Virus record (IMG/VR): IMGVR_UViG_3300042508_000665
Coordinates: 4,614-68,613 of that record
From: a virus
Direction: 5' to 3' (one strand)
Length of the DNA: 64,000 nt
Below are positions 37,386 to 47,018 of the stretch, piece by piece (position 1 is the stretch's first letter; every line of letters starts with the position of its first letter). The notes beneath the pieces were generated by a model that ran no database searches, had not been told where the DNA came from, and saw only the letters and a program-made list of their open reading frames with translations. The position numbers and the translations under genes are program-made.

Positions 37386-38915
37386 ATGAAAAAAAGACCC
37401 ACCAACCCGTACATCATTATTGGTACTGCACATTTAGGGCTTTCTTCTCCTATATTAAAAACAATCGCATGCTTTGCTAATCACTTTAAGGCGCAAGTTA
37501 TTCATGTCGGTCCTCTTTGTACAATCGAAGAAAGAAAAATGTACGAGACTCGAATTCAGCGCGTGAGGACATGGGAAAAGATTGATAATAGAAATATTCA
37601 AATTGAGGAGTTATATCAAAGATATAAAAAGGAAGCTGCTGATCTTTTAGGATTACAAAGAAAGAGAGTTACTGCCCTTAAAGATGCCTTCGGGAAAGTA
37701 CAATTCGTCGCTAACGATGAGCAGATGATTCCAGATGAAGATATGATTACTTTAGGGGTCGAGTATTCATTATCAAAGTATCTAACGCTAACTTCAATAC
37801 CAGCTAACGGAGACAAAGTTACTGGAGACCCAATCAGCCCACGCTGTATGCTTGCTATGAGGGAATATGATTCGTCTGTAATCATGGCACATCCTATTCC
37901 GTCGACTAAGATGTATAAAAAGGAAGGCGTCAATTGCGCCTTTATGTTTACTACTACCGGAAGCTTGATCCCTTCCGAGAAATGCAAGCGTGTAAGTGAT
38001 ATATGGAAGCAAATTTTAAAACCATCTTTTTTACTTGTAGGGATTGATGAGGCCAATCAGCAATTTCACTGTCAGAGAGTAAGAATTAAATTCAATCGAG
38101 ATCAAATTTCACATCGCCAGACACCCCACATCGCATTTGACGGTTTAATATTCAACCCAAACAGCAAAAAGCCTCTTGAGGCTCCAAGCTCAGATAAAGC
38201 TTGCTATATTACTGACACTCACGCTCCTCACCACTCTCATGGCGTTGTCAAATGTTTCCACCAACTTATTAAACTTCATAAGCCAGAAATTGTAATAGAA
38301 GGAGGTGATACCGCAGATTTTGCATCAGTCTCTCGCCACACTGAGTTTCTACCTGGTGCTAGAGAGAACCTGAGATTAATAGATGATCTACAAGCCATGT
38401 GGAATATCCTTGATGGATTTAAGAAAGCAGATCCATCCGTAAAGACTGTTAAAGTTTTAGACTCAAATCATGCTGAGTGGCTTTCATTGTTCGTTCAAAA
38501 GAATCCAGCACTTAAAGGAATGCTTGATTGGGAAACGCTGGCTAAAAATTTCTTTGAAGATTTCGAACTCGTTATTCGGAAAGGAAACGTAAAAGCAATT
38601 TGGTTTGGTGATTTAGCCATTAGACACGGCGACCAAGAGAACTCGCTGATGGAGGCTCACCTATCATATAGAAATTACGTATCGGGACATTTTCATTCCT
38701 TTCAAGAATTAGGTGATGCTGTACGTGTTGGCTGTGCTGCTAAGTTAGATCCAGGATACCTCGGAGGAAACAATACTGCATGGCAGTGGAATATTTCAAC
38801 TTTTACGAAATTTAAAGGAGTAACTGATAAACATCCGAGAATTGTACTTTCTAACAAGGCTGGAGATCGCTTCACGTTTATGTATCGTGGACAAATTTGG
38901 GAAATAAATCATTAG
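37386..38915 (+). CDS. calcineurin-like metallophosphoesterase
   Basis: C-terminal half has DTH, GGD..D, SNH, HGD and GHFH; N-terminal half looks like a degenerate copy. Confidence 0.75.
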   Translation: MKKRPTNPYIIIGTAHLGLSSPILKTIACFANHFKAQVIHVGPLCTIEERKMYETRIQRVRTWEKIDNRNIQIEELYQRYKKEAADLLGLQRKRVTALKDAFGKVQFVANDEQMIPDEDMITLGVEYSLSKYLTLTSIPANGDKVTGDPISPRCMLAMREYDSSVIMAHPIPSTKMYKKEGVNCAFMFTTTGSLIPSEKCKRVSDIWKQILKPSFLLVGIDEANQQFHCQRVRIKFNRDQISHRQTPHIAFDGLIFNPNSKKPLEAPSSDKACYITDTHAPHHSHGVVKCFHQLIKLHKPEIVIEGGDTADFASVSRHTEFLPGARENLRLIDDLQAMWNILDGFKKADPSVKTVKVLDSNHAEWLSLFVQKNPALKGMLDWETLAKNFFEDFELVIRKGNVKAIWFGDLAIRHGDQENSLMEAHLSYRNYVSGHFHSFQELGDAVRVGCAAKLDPGYLGGNNTAWQWNISTFTKFKGVTDKHPRIVLSNKAGDRFTFMYRGQIWEINH

Positions 38916-38922
38916 GTAAGTC

Positions 38923-39279
38923 ATGACGCACTTTGAACTAGACGAGATTAGGGTAATAAAGATTACTACAGGAGAAATAATTATAGGATTTCAAGCTAAT
39001 TTTTCTGAGGAATTACAACATAATCCTGAGCTAGACAATTATCTCGTGGTTCATAATCCATACCAAGTAGAATATCATGTTGAGGAGAAGGAAGCAGAAA
39101 ATTCGAACTTCATCGTAAATTGTTTTGAGTGGATGCCTTTTTTAGAGGACGATGCTCTTTTAATTCAAAAGCATAATATAATTGCTATTGGTATTCCTGA
39201 CGAACATTTATTAACTCTTTATACTAATTTACTTCAACTTCGAGTCTTTGATGGAAATAGCGATGAGTCAGAAAATTAA
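38923..39279 (+). CDS. conserved T4-like Sm-like/hypothetical protein
   Basis: IK..TGE.II...NP...WMPF pattern. Confidence 0.6.
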   Translation: MTHFELDEIRVIKITTGEIIIGFQANFSEELQHNPELDNYLVVHNPYQVEYHVEEKEAENSNFIVNCFEWMPFLEDDALLIQKHNIIAIGIPDEHLLTLYTNLLQLRVFDGNSDESEN

Positions 39280-39520
39280 ATCTAATATCTTATCCAATAC
39301 GCAAAATACGGAAAATGCGTTAATTGATGTTTTTCTCGACGAGGTTGAAGATATTAATAATCTAATTAAAATACAGTCGGTTTTCTCTATATCACCTGAG
39401 ACTGAAGTTAGGGTAAATGCTCGAAGAACATTAAATAGGGAAATTTACCATCGAATTGACTCTTTAGCCGTTCATATCATTGAATTTTTCAAAAGTAAGG
39501 ATGAAAAGGCAAAATCCTAA
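39263..39520 (+). CDS. hypothetical protein
   Basis: ORF overlapping the upstream stop. Confidence 0.5.
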   Translation: MSQKIKSNILSNTQNTENALIDVFLDEVEDINNLIKIQSVFSISPETEVRVNARRTLNREIYHRIDSLAVHIIEFFKSKDEKAKS

Positions 39521-39594
39521 TACTGCCGGAACTGTAAATGTGAAGTCATCCGTCTAAGTAAGTATTCAGTCTTTGGAAAAACGAAATATTTTCT

Positions 39595-40026
39595 ATGGTT
39601 TCCGAGAAACAACCATCACCGAAGAAAACTAAGACTTCGAAGAAAGTAAGAAACCATAAAACAGTCACGCTGGCTGAGATGTTGATTACTGAGTTTCAAT
39701 TAAAAAAAGACGGCGATTATATTCGGTTCAAGGAAGGACACTCTAAACTATCTAATTCTTTGGCAAACGCAACAAGACAGATAGGATTAAAATATCAATC
39801 TAAAAACGTTCAACCCGAACTAATGCAACTCGTTCACTATGCGTCTTTTGTAAAAAACCCACTGCGTTACATATTCGACATGATTCAACACGCGGATACG
39901 ACACAACAGATTAAAAAAAACCGAGTTGAAGCAGTTCACCGAATAGTAAAGCAGGCGATGGATGAAGATCCTCTTTCAACAGTCAAAAGTATAATTTGCT
40001 CGTTAGCCAGAGTCGTTCGGTTTTAA
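39595..40026 (+). CDS. hypothetical basic protein
   Basis: 143-aa ORF. Confidence 0.55.
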   Translation: MVSEKQPSPKKTKTSKKVRNHKTVTLAEMLITEFQLKKDGDYIRFKEGHSKLSNSLANATRQIGLKYQSKNVQPELMQLVHYASFVKNPLRYIFDMIQHADTTQQIKKNRVEAVHRIVKQAMDEDPLSTVKSIICSLARVVRF

Positions 40027-40190
40027 AGCGAACATATATACTACTCAATCGCAAAAAAAATTAGCTGGCATAAATGGTAATGCACTAGCGACGTTCTTTT
40101 GACCTATTATAAAAACTACAATTTAGAATTAATTGCTAATTCTCCATGATCATTAGCCTTTACTATAGCGATTGTTGAAAATGGATATGC

Positions 40191-41033
40191 ATGGCTACGA
40201 ATAATAACGATAGAAAGATTAGCCAGTTACCAACTGCGGAACCGCTAACTGGCTCCGAATTAATCCCTATAGTGCAAAATGGGCAAAATAAAAGAATAAC
40301 AGTTTCTGACATCGCATCCGTAGCCGGATTTATTTCATCGGCCAGTGAATTAATTGTTAGGGAGACTCCCTCTGGACTCATTGATGGTATAAATAAAGTT
40401 TTTACATTATCGAACACCCCTGCACTTAATAGTGAGCAAGTATTTTTAAATGGTATTTTGCAGGAGGCTAATCCGGCTGGAGACTATACAATCACAGCCG
40501 ATGAAATAACTTTTAATAGAGCCCCCGATTCTGGTTGGACTCTTTTTGTTAATTATCTCAATGGCGATGCTGGTTCTGGAGCTGGTTCGGCGACATTAGA
40601 TGCTCTTACAGATGTAGTAATTTCCTCACCTACTGCTAATCAAATTCTCAAATTTGATGGCGCTAAGTGGATTAATTCCGATAATAGCGGAGGAAGTGTA
40701 GCTGCATTTCAGTGGAGTTCTAGTGAACAGGTTTACCCATTTGAGAGGGCTTCTAATGGCTCGATATTATATTGCAAAGAAATCGATATGGGATTTTTAA
40801 CGAATAAAGGGGGGAAGACTCTTCCACACGCAATAGATAATTACTCACCTCATAAAATACATTCCATTACAGGAATGATTTACAACACAGTTGGGGGTGA
40901 TGCCGTGGCGATAAATAGCATGGCTTACGGTGGTAATTATTGCATTTTAGATGGTTCAAATATCAGCGTTTACACTCCACAGGCCGATTGGACTACGTAT
41001 AAGTGTAACGTCAGATTGATTTATTTTAAATAA
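40191..41033 (+). CDS. short tail fibre/fibre-associated protein
   Basis: KISQLP N-terminal motif, ETPSGLIDG.NKVFTL domain, LTDV....PT..QIL.FDG.KW.N repeat. Confidence 0.75.
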   Translation: MATNNNDRKISQLPTAEPLTGSELIPIVQNGQNKRITVSDIASVAGFISSASELIVRETPSGLIDGINKVFTLSNTPALNSEQVFLNGILQEANPAGDYTITADEITFNRAPDSGWTLFVNYLNGDAGSGAGSATLDALTDVVISSPTANQILKFDGAKWINSDNSGGSVAAFQWSSSEQVYPFERASNGSILYCKEIDMGFLTNKGGKTLPHAIDNYSPHKIHSITGMIYNTVGGDAVAINSMAYGGNYCILDGSNISVYTPQADWTTYKCNVRLIYFK

Positions 41034-41080
41034 CAGTTTTTTTTAAGTTGAATTTTTGTCGTATTAATTAAGGATTATAA

Positions 41081-44000
41081 ATGTCAGGAATAATTAGAAC
41101 AAAGATTTCAGGAAAACAGATTATCGATGGAAGCGTAACTCGCTCAAATCTCGATACATCTATCGTTTCTGATATCGACACACTCAAGAGTCATGATACT
41201 CAACAAATTGGTCAAATCGCTCAGCTAGAAACTGACGTTGCGACCGAGACAACAGCTAGAATTGCCGGTGATACCGCTCTTGGACTACGTATTGATGACG
41301 TAGAGAGCAATTTGGCTGATGAAGTAACCGCAAGGACATCTGCTGATACTTCACTAAACAATGCTATCGCAGCCGAAGAGAGTCGCGCACTTCTTGCTGA
41401 ACAAGGACTTGCAGATGACATTCTTTCAGAGCAAGAGCGTGCGATTGCAATAGAAACAGATCTTCAAGCTCAAATTGATGCAGAAGAAATCGCTCGCGCT
41501 GCGGCTGTTAGTGCTGTTGCTGGCGATCTTAGTACTGAAGTAACTCGCGCCACTTCTGCTGAACAAGCATTAGATGCACGATTAGATGTTCTTGAGCAAG
41601 ACCCAACAACAAAGGGCTATGTAGATCAAAAGGTTGCAGACCTAGTTAACTCAGCCCCTGCGGTACTTGATACATTAAAAGAACTTGCTGATGCTATTGG
41701 CGAAGATCCTAATTTCGCAACTACTATCGCAAATCAAGTAGGAGTAGTAGCTGCTGATCTAGCAACCGAAACAACAGCTCGTATAGCTGGAGATTCAAAT
41801 CTTCAGTCTCAAATTGATGCTTTATCGCTCGGTTCAAGTACCGACATAAGTGCATTGCAAACATCTTTAAATCAAGAAATCCTTGATCGTCAATCTGGCG
41901 ATACTGCTCTCGGACTTCGAATTGATGGAGTAGAAGGTGATTTAGCTGATGAAGTAACTGCAAGAACATCCGCTATAGCTGCTGAAACCTCAGCTCGTAC
42001 CTCAGCTGATACCGCTCTCGGACTTCGAATTGACGGAGTAGAAGGTGATTTAGCTGATGAAGTAACTGCAAGAACATCTGCTGACAGCGCTCTTAGCAGT
42101 CGAATTAGCGTCCTTGAATTATACAAAGATGCACAGGTAGTCTATGTAGCTAAAAATGGAAATGACTCCACTGGAAATGGTGGCGAACATGCTCCATACT
42201 TAACACTTCAAGCTGCTATGGCTTCTATTACTGATTCATCTCCTTCAAAGAGATACGTCATTAGAGTAAAGGCTGGTAACTATACCGAATCTGGCATTTT
42301 AAATCTTAAGCCAAATGTGTATGTTGTTGGTGATTCTATATATTCTGTTAGAATTACTGCTACCTCATTTGCTCTTGATTCAACATTCAACGCAAATTCT
42401 AGCTTTGACAACAGATCAGGATTTTCGAGTTGTACGCTATTAAGTGCATGTGACTTTAACTGGCAAACCGTATCATCTGCTGCTGGTAAATTGTATTTTA
42501 CCGAAGTTCAATTCGGTTCTACTGTTACCATGTATGGGCATAATAATGCAATCGCACAAGCACAATTTCTCGGTTGTATATTTTTTGGTGCCTTTACTGT
42601 TAGTGGGATTAACGTAGGTGTTCATAGAAATAACATACACTACGGCAATATCACACTTAATCAGCATCCTAATGGTGGTATGGTTACCAATCTTACTGCT
42701 GATGGTGGAGTTTGTACTGGTACAGTTACACTAAATGCAACTACAAATGACTTTAATAGAAGATGCTCCGTGTTTGCTCGTTCATTCTACATGGAATATC
42801 TAACTGTTAACGGTCCAAGTGCATACTGCGACCTTACTGATAGTAGCGTTCCAAGAGACATTGCACGTGTAACAAAGTCAAATGGTGGGAATATTGTTTA
42901 TATTAACTCATTAACACCAATTGATACTAATACACGTAATCAAGGAGATGTTGGAAAGCAATATCTGTATAACTTTAACTACGTGAACGCTTCTACGGGA
43001 AGTGATTTGTACGTCATTTCAATGGGTACGTCATATTCCGCAGATAACTCAGGTAAAAACATCTTTATCAAAGCTGACTCAAATGGATTAGCTCCTAACG
43101 TAAACGGTGGTGATATTAATATTAACACCTCAGAAGTTAGTGGAACTGGTGTTCGCGGAGAAATTAAATTTGACGGTCGACAAGTTAACGTCAGCAGCAA
43201 GAAAATTGTAAATCTTGCTAATGGTGTTGATGCAAACGATGCAGTAAACGTATCACAACTTAATTCTTCTATAGCTGCCGAAACATCAGCTCGTACCTCA
43301 GCTGATACCGCTCTTGGTCTCAGAATTGATGGAGTTGAGGGTGATTTAGCTGATGAAGTAACTGCAAGAACATCTGCTGATACAAATCTTCAGTCGCAAA
43401 TTGATGCTTTATCACTCAGCTCAAGTACCGATATAAGTGCATTGGAAGCAGCTTTAGAGCAAGAAGTTCTTGATCGTCAATCTGGCGATGCAGCTACGCT
43501 TTCAAGTGCTAATACTTATACCGATGGTAAAGTAGCTGACCTTGTAAATTCTGCACCTGCTGTACTTGATACCCTCAAGGAATTAGCTGATGCACTCGGA
43601 CAAGATCCAAACTTTGCTACCACTGTTTCAAATCAGATTGGTGTTGTAGCTGCTGATCTAGCTTCGGAAATTGCTCGCGCTCTAGCAGCAGAGTCTGAGA
43701 TTGCTGGCGATCTTGCTGATGAGGTGATTGCAAGAAGTGCTGCTATAACCGCTGAAGCAACAGCTCGTACCTCAGCCGATACAGCTCTTGGACTACGCAT
43801 TGACGGAGTTGAGAGTGATTTAGCTGATGAAGTGACTGCAAGAACCTCAGCTGATACAGCTCTTGGACTACGCATTGACGGAGTTGAGAGTGATTTAGCT
43901 GATGAAGTGACTGCAAGAAGTGCTGCTATAACCGCTGAAGCAACAGCTCGTACCTCAGCCGATACAGCTCTTGGACTACGCATTGACGGAGTTGAGAGTG

Positions 44001-44734
44001 ATTTAGCTGATGAAGTGACTGCAAGAAGTGCTGCTGATTCTGCACTTGATCTTAGACTGGATGCTCTTGAAAGCAGCGCTTTCGTTACCAGAGAAGTTCC
44101 TTCCGGACTTATTGATGGAGTCAACAAAGTATTTACTTTGGCGAACACTCCAAATCCAGGCTCGGAGCAGGTATTCCTCAACGGTGTGTTGCAAGAAGCT
44201 GGAGTGAGTGGTGATTACACCATTTCTGGAAGTACCATTACTTTCGGAGAAGCACCAACCGTTCCGTTCAGCATCTTCGTTAACTACATAACCGGAGACC
44301 TAGTAGTAGGTAGCGCTGGCGGAAGTGGAAGTGGAAGCGTTCAGCCGTTCCAATGGACGACAACTGAGCAGTTATATCCTTTTGAAGTTGCCGATGATGG
44401 AAGTCCATTATATGCAATAAGAATTGATATACCATCTCTTCCGAATAACGGCTTTGCCTCATACAACTTGACACCTCTCGCACCGTTCCTTGCGGATAAA
44501 ACAAACAATCTGCATGAATACTTACACAGGTACGAGTTTCACTGGAAGGGATTTAGCACAGTCTACGGGCAATCCATTGTGAGAGAAGGCGCTCAAGCTG
44601 GTGTTGTGAATGCTTCTATAGAGTGGGATGGAGTAAGCAGCTACAGCCAAGTAGTAGTTGGTACTAGTGGTGGTGGCAATTGGCATAGCGACCTCTCTGG
44701 TACTTTCAGAGTATTATATAAGAAAACAATATAA
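41081..44734 (+). CDS. long tail fibre: coiled-coil stalk with central pectin-lyase-like domain
   Basis: ARTSADTALGLRIDGVE repeats, two copies of APAVLDTLKELADA.G.DPNFATT, YVAKNGND..G.G....PY.T.QAA. Confidence 0.88.
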   Translation: MSGIIRTKISGKQIIDGSVTRSNLDTSIVSDIDTLKSHDTQQIGQIAQLETDVATETTARIAGDTALGLRIDDVESNLADEVTARTSADTSLNNAIAAEESRALLAEQGLADDILSEQERAIAIETDLQAQIDAEEIARAAAVSAVAGDLSTEVTRATSAEQALDARLDVLEQDPTTKGYVDQKVADLVNSAPAVLDTLKELADAIGEDPNFATTIANQVGVVAADLATETTARIAGDSNLQSQIDALSLGSSTDISALQTSLNQEILDRQSGDTALGLRIDGVEGDLADEVTARTSAIAAETSARTSADTALGLRIDGVEGDLADEVTARTSADSALSSRISVLELYKDAQVVYVAKNGNDSTGNGGEHAPYLTLQAAMASITDSSPSKRYVIRVKAGNYTESGILNLKPNVYVVGDSIYSVRITATSFALDSTFNANSSFDNRSGFSSCTLLSACDFNWQTVSSAAGKLYFTEVQFGSTVTMYGHNNAIAQAQFLGCIFFGAFTVSGINVGVHRNNIHYGNITLNQHPNGGMVTNLTADGGVCTGTVTLNATTNDFNRRCSVFARSFYMEYLTVNGPSAYCDLTDSSVPRDIARVTKSNGGNIVYINSLTPIDTNTRNQGDVGKQYLYNFNYVNASTGSDLYVISMGTSYSADNSGKNIFIKADSNGLAPNVNGGDININTSEVSGTGVRGEIKFDGRQVNVSSKKIVNLANGVDANDAVNVSQLNSSIAAETSARTSADTALGLRIDGVEGDLADEVTARTSADTNLQSQIDALSLSSSTDISALEAALEQEVLDRQSGDAATLSSANTYTDGKVADLVNSAPAVLDTLKELADALGQDPNFATTVSNQIGVVAADLASEIARALAAESEIAGDLADEVIARSAAITAEATARTSADTALGLRIDGVESDLADEVTARTSADTALGLRIDGVESDLADEVTARSAAITAEATARTSADTALGLRIDGVESDLADEVTARSAADSALDLRLDALESSAFVTREVPSGLIDGVNKVFTLANTPNPGSEQVFLNGVLQEAGVSGDYTISGSTITFGEAPTVPFSIFVNYITGDLVVGSAGGSGSGSVQPFQWTTTEQLYPFEVADDGSPLYAIRIDIPSLPNNGFASYNLTPLAPFLADKTNNLHEYLHRYEFHWKGFSTVYGQSIVREGAQAGVVNASIEWDGVSSYSQVVVGTSGGGNWHSDLSGTFRVLYKKTI
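43730..44035 (+). repeat. in-frame tandem repeats (75-nt unit, 183-nt super-unit)
   Basis: tgctataaccgctgaagc... at 43741 and 43924; three near-identical 75-nt units. Confidence 0.9.
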
Positions 44735-44748
44735 TTAACTAGTTAAAC

Positions 44749-44827
44749 GCCCCTCTTAATTGAGGGGCTATTTTAGAATAGCATAAACATAAAACAAAAA
44801 GAGGGAGCATCGCCTCCCTCTTTTTTT
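44749..44827. terminator. two intrinsic terminators after the tail fibre gene
   Basis: gcccctc/gaggggc+tatttt and gagggag/ctccctc+T-run. Confidence 0.8.
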
Positions 44828-44843
44828 ATAAATAAGATATACT

Positions 44844-45092
44844 ATGGGAACTTGGAAATACGATCAGCCTCCAACTTGGAGAAGAGATGCAATAGCGACA
44901 AATGCCGGATGGTGCCATCCAAAAACTGGAGAAGTTCTTGCGTGCTGCCCGCGATTAAAGCGCCTTCGTAGACAAAAACTCGACGAATCTGACGAAAACT
45001 TAATTACCGAAGAGGGAAGCTTGTTCGTTTTAGAACAGGAAAACACCGACACTACGGAAAATTTTGTAGACTTAGAAGACCCTGGCGCGTAA
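44844..45092 (+). CDS. small virion-associated protein
   Basis: TATAAATA at 44827; PP.W..DAIAT..GW.HPKTGE.L motif. Confidence 0.65.
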   Translation: MGTWKYDQPPTWRRDAIATNAGWCHPKTGEVLACCPRLKRLRRQKLDESDENLITEEGSLFVLEQENTDTTENFVDLEDPGA

Positions 45093-45102
45093 TTTTAATA
45101 GT

Positions 45103-45546
45103 TTAAATAACCACCCCAAGCTTCTTTAGAGTAATTTCGTCCCATACTTGGAACTTGTAACCCATAGAATGGGCATATTGCTCTGCTGCTTGCCACTTGG
45201 CGGTGTTTTGAGCGTAAGTCCTAGCTTCAGCCTCAATTAGATGCTTACGCTTTCCCTGCCTCCTTTTAGGAGGCATACACTCCTTTTGCGGCTTCACTTC
45301 AACTAAGAATACCCCTTCGGTGGTTTCGATCATAAAATCTATAAAATACCGATGAACTTTATTATCGATTGGGGAAACGTAAGGAACTATAACATTTTCA
45401 GAAGACCACGCTTTTACCTTGTCGTTAATATCGAGCCAATACATAAGAGCTGCCTCCCAGGAGGAGCGATATACAATTTGTGAAATATCCCCCCTATATT
45501 TTTTAGGATTTCTGGGGATAAATGTTCCTCGATAAAAGCCAGCCAC
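45103..45546 (-). CDS. gp4: head completion nuclease
   Basis: P.NP.KY.GD...I.YRSSWE, WSSE, HRYFIDF, EVKP. Confidence 0.93.
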   Translation of the reverse strand: MAGFYRGTFIPRNPKKYRGDISQIVYRSSWEAALMYWLDINDKVKAWSSENVIVPYVSPIDNKVHRYFIDFMIETTEGVFLVEVKPQKECMPPKRRQGKRKHLIEAEARTYAQNTAKWQAAEQYAHSMGYKFQVWDEITLKKLGVVI

Positions 45547-45567
45547 CGATTTCCTCTAAATAGATGA

Positions 45568-46503
45568 TTGAAGTTTAAAACTTATTTAGGGCATCGTTTT
45601 ACTGTGGGATATCTCGACTTTCAAAGAAAAATACAAAAAGACCGAGCAACTGATTACATAAATCAAGCCGGAGCAAACTTAGAGAAAAAGGGTACGCCGA
45701 AACAATTGGTGTATCCTCAAGATTTATTTTCGCCGGAGTGTGCCCCCTTCATCCTATTTTTTGCCGTAGATCCGACTAAACCAGATGTTCTTTTGGACAA
45801 AATAGCCCTCTATATGCCGAGAAACATCGAAGTCAATTATGGGATTAACTACAGCGAAGCCACTAACTATTTGAAATATTTATCGTCGAACTCACTGGCA
45901 GGTTTAGGTGAACTTGCTTCAGATCCACTTTACGGTGGAGCTGCCGCCTTTGGCGCTATAAGAGGAGCAATTGGAGCTGCTATGGCTGGAGGTAGCGTAG
46001 CTGGAAAAATATCTGGGGCTGCTTTAGGAGCAATAGCTTCTGGGTTAAATGCATTCAAAGCTAGTAATGCTATCGGCCAAACGGCATCAATTAACTCCAA
46101 GAAAACTCTAAACCCACATAAAGCGGCATTATTTGAGGGAGTAAACTTCCGCAGACATAATTTCCAATTCGACTTAATTGCGCGAAACGAAGAAGAATCT
46201 GAAACCATTAGAGAAATCTTACAGACATTTAAAATACACGCACATCCAGATGCAGGAAATCCAGACGATCAAAGTTCAGTATTTTATTGGCCGTCAGCGT
46301 GGCAGATAGCTTTATACTCACCAGCCAGAAAATACCTATACGCCATATCTACTTCGCATATTACAAATATCGCAATAAATTATACAGGAGGAGGTACAAG
46401 AGCTTTCTTCGCGGATACGGGAGCACCAGTTGTTGTCCGTTTAAATGTCGATTTCATGGAAACCGAACAATTAACTCGCGAACGCATCAGACAAGGATTT
46501 TAA
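45568..46503 (+). CDS. gp48: baseplate tail-tube cap (start uncertain: TTG 45568 or GTG 45604)
   Basis: IALYMP, NP....LFEGV.FR...F.F.L..RN.EE, P....L...F.E. Confidence 0.8.
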   Translation: MKFKTYLGHRFTVGYLDFQRKIQKDRATDYINQAGANLEKKGTPKQLVYPQDLFSPECAPFILFFAVDPTKPDVLLDKIALYMPRNIEVNYGINYSEATNYLKYLSSNSLAGLGELASDPLYGGAAAFGAIRGAIGAAMAGGSVAGKISGAALGAIASGLNAFKASNAIGQTASINSKKTLNPHKAALFEGVNFRRHNFQFDLIARNEEESETIREILQTFKIHAHPDAGNPDDQSSVFYWPSAWQIALYSPARKYLYAISTSHITNIAINYTGGGTRAFFADTGAPVVVRLNVDFMETEQLTRERIRQGF

Positions 46504-46505
46504 AT

Positions 46506-47012
46506 ATGAAGTATTTTCAATATCTTCCTACGTTTGAATACTCGTCACTTAGTGCTACTAACATATTAGTGAGGGCAAAAGTAAGAGAATATGTTTTGAA
46601 TAATGCTGCCATTTATTACACACATCGAATTGAAGAGGGCGAACGCCCCGATACTTTAGCAAGCAAATATTATGGAAATTCAAGTTTTACTTGGCTTCTT
46701 TTTTACGCAAATAACATTTACGACCCTATATTTGACTGGCCGTTAAATAGCGAAAATTTAATCTCCTACATGATTAACAAGGTCGGATCGTTACAAATTG
46801 CACAGCAAACACCACATCATTACCTTTTAGATGGGCTTTATATAATCGATAAAGCAACTTACGAAGATGTAAATGTTCCAGCTAATCGAAAAAGCATTAT
46901 AACGGTATATGACCACGAATTAGCGGAAAATGAAAAAAAGCGCAACATAAAAATCATCGACGAAACTTACGCGACGCAAATTGTCAATGAAATGAGAAGA
47001 CTGTTTTTATAA
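46506..47012 (+). CDS. gp53: baseplate wedge subunit
   Basis: YFQ..P, GERPD.LA..YYG, W.....NNI.DP..DWP, E..ENE.KR.IKI. Confidence 0.9.
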   Translation: MKYFQYLPTFEYSSLSATNILVRAKVREYVLNNAAIYYTHRIEEGERPDTLASKYYGNSSFTWLLFYANNIYDPIFDWPLNSENLISYMINKVGSLQIAQQTPHHYLLDGLYIIDKATYEDVNVPANRKSIITVYDHELAENEKKRNIKIIDETYATQIVNEMRRLFL

Positions 47013-47018
47013 TAGATT

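Noticed and set aside
43633-44181. 182-aa antisense ORF and similar shadow ORFs (2699, 13278, 13710, 37616 etc.)
   Set aside because: Antisense to well-supported genes; a by-product of repeats or codon bias.
40191-44734. Diversity-generating retroelement acting on the fibre tips
   Set aside because: No reverse transcriptase in the window and no adenine-specific TR/VR pair seen.
46287-46505. N-terminal extension of gp53 in the ORF track
   Set aside because: It overlaps gp48; gp53 homology starts at ATG 46506.
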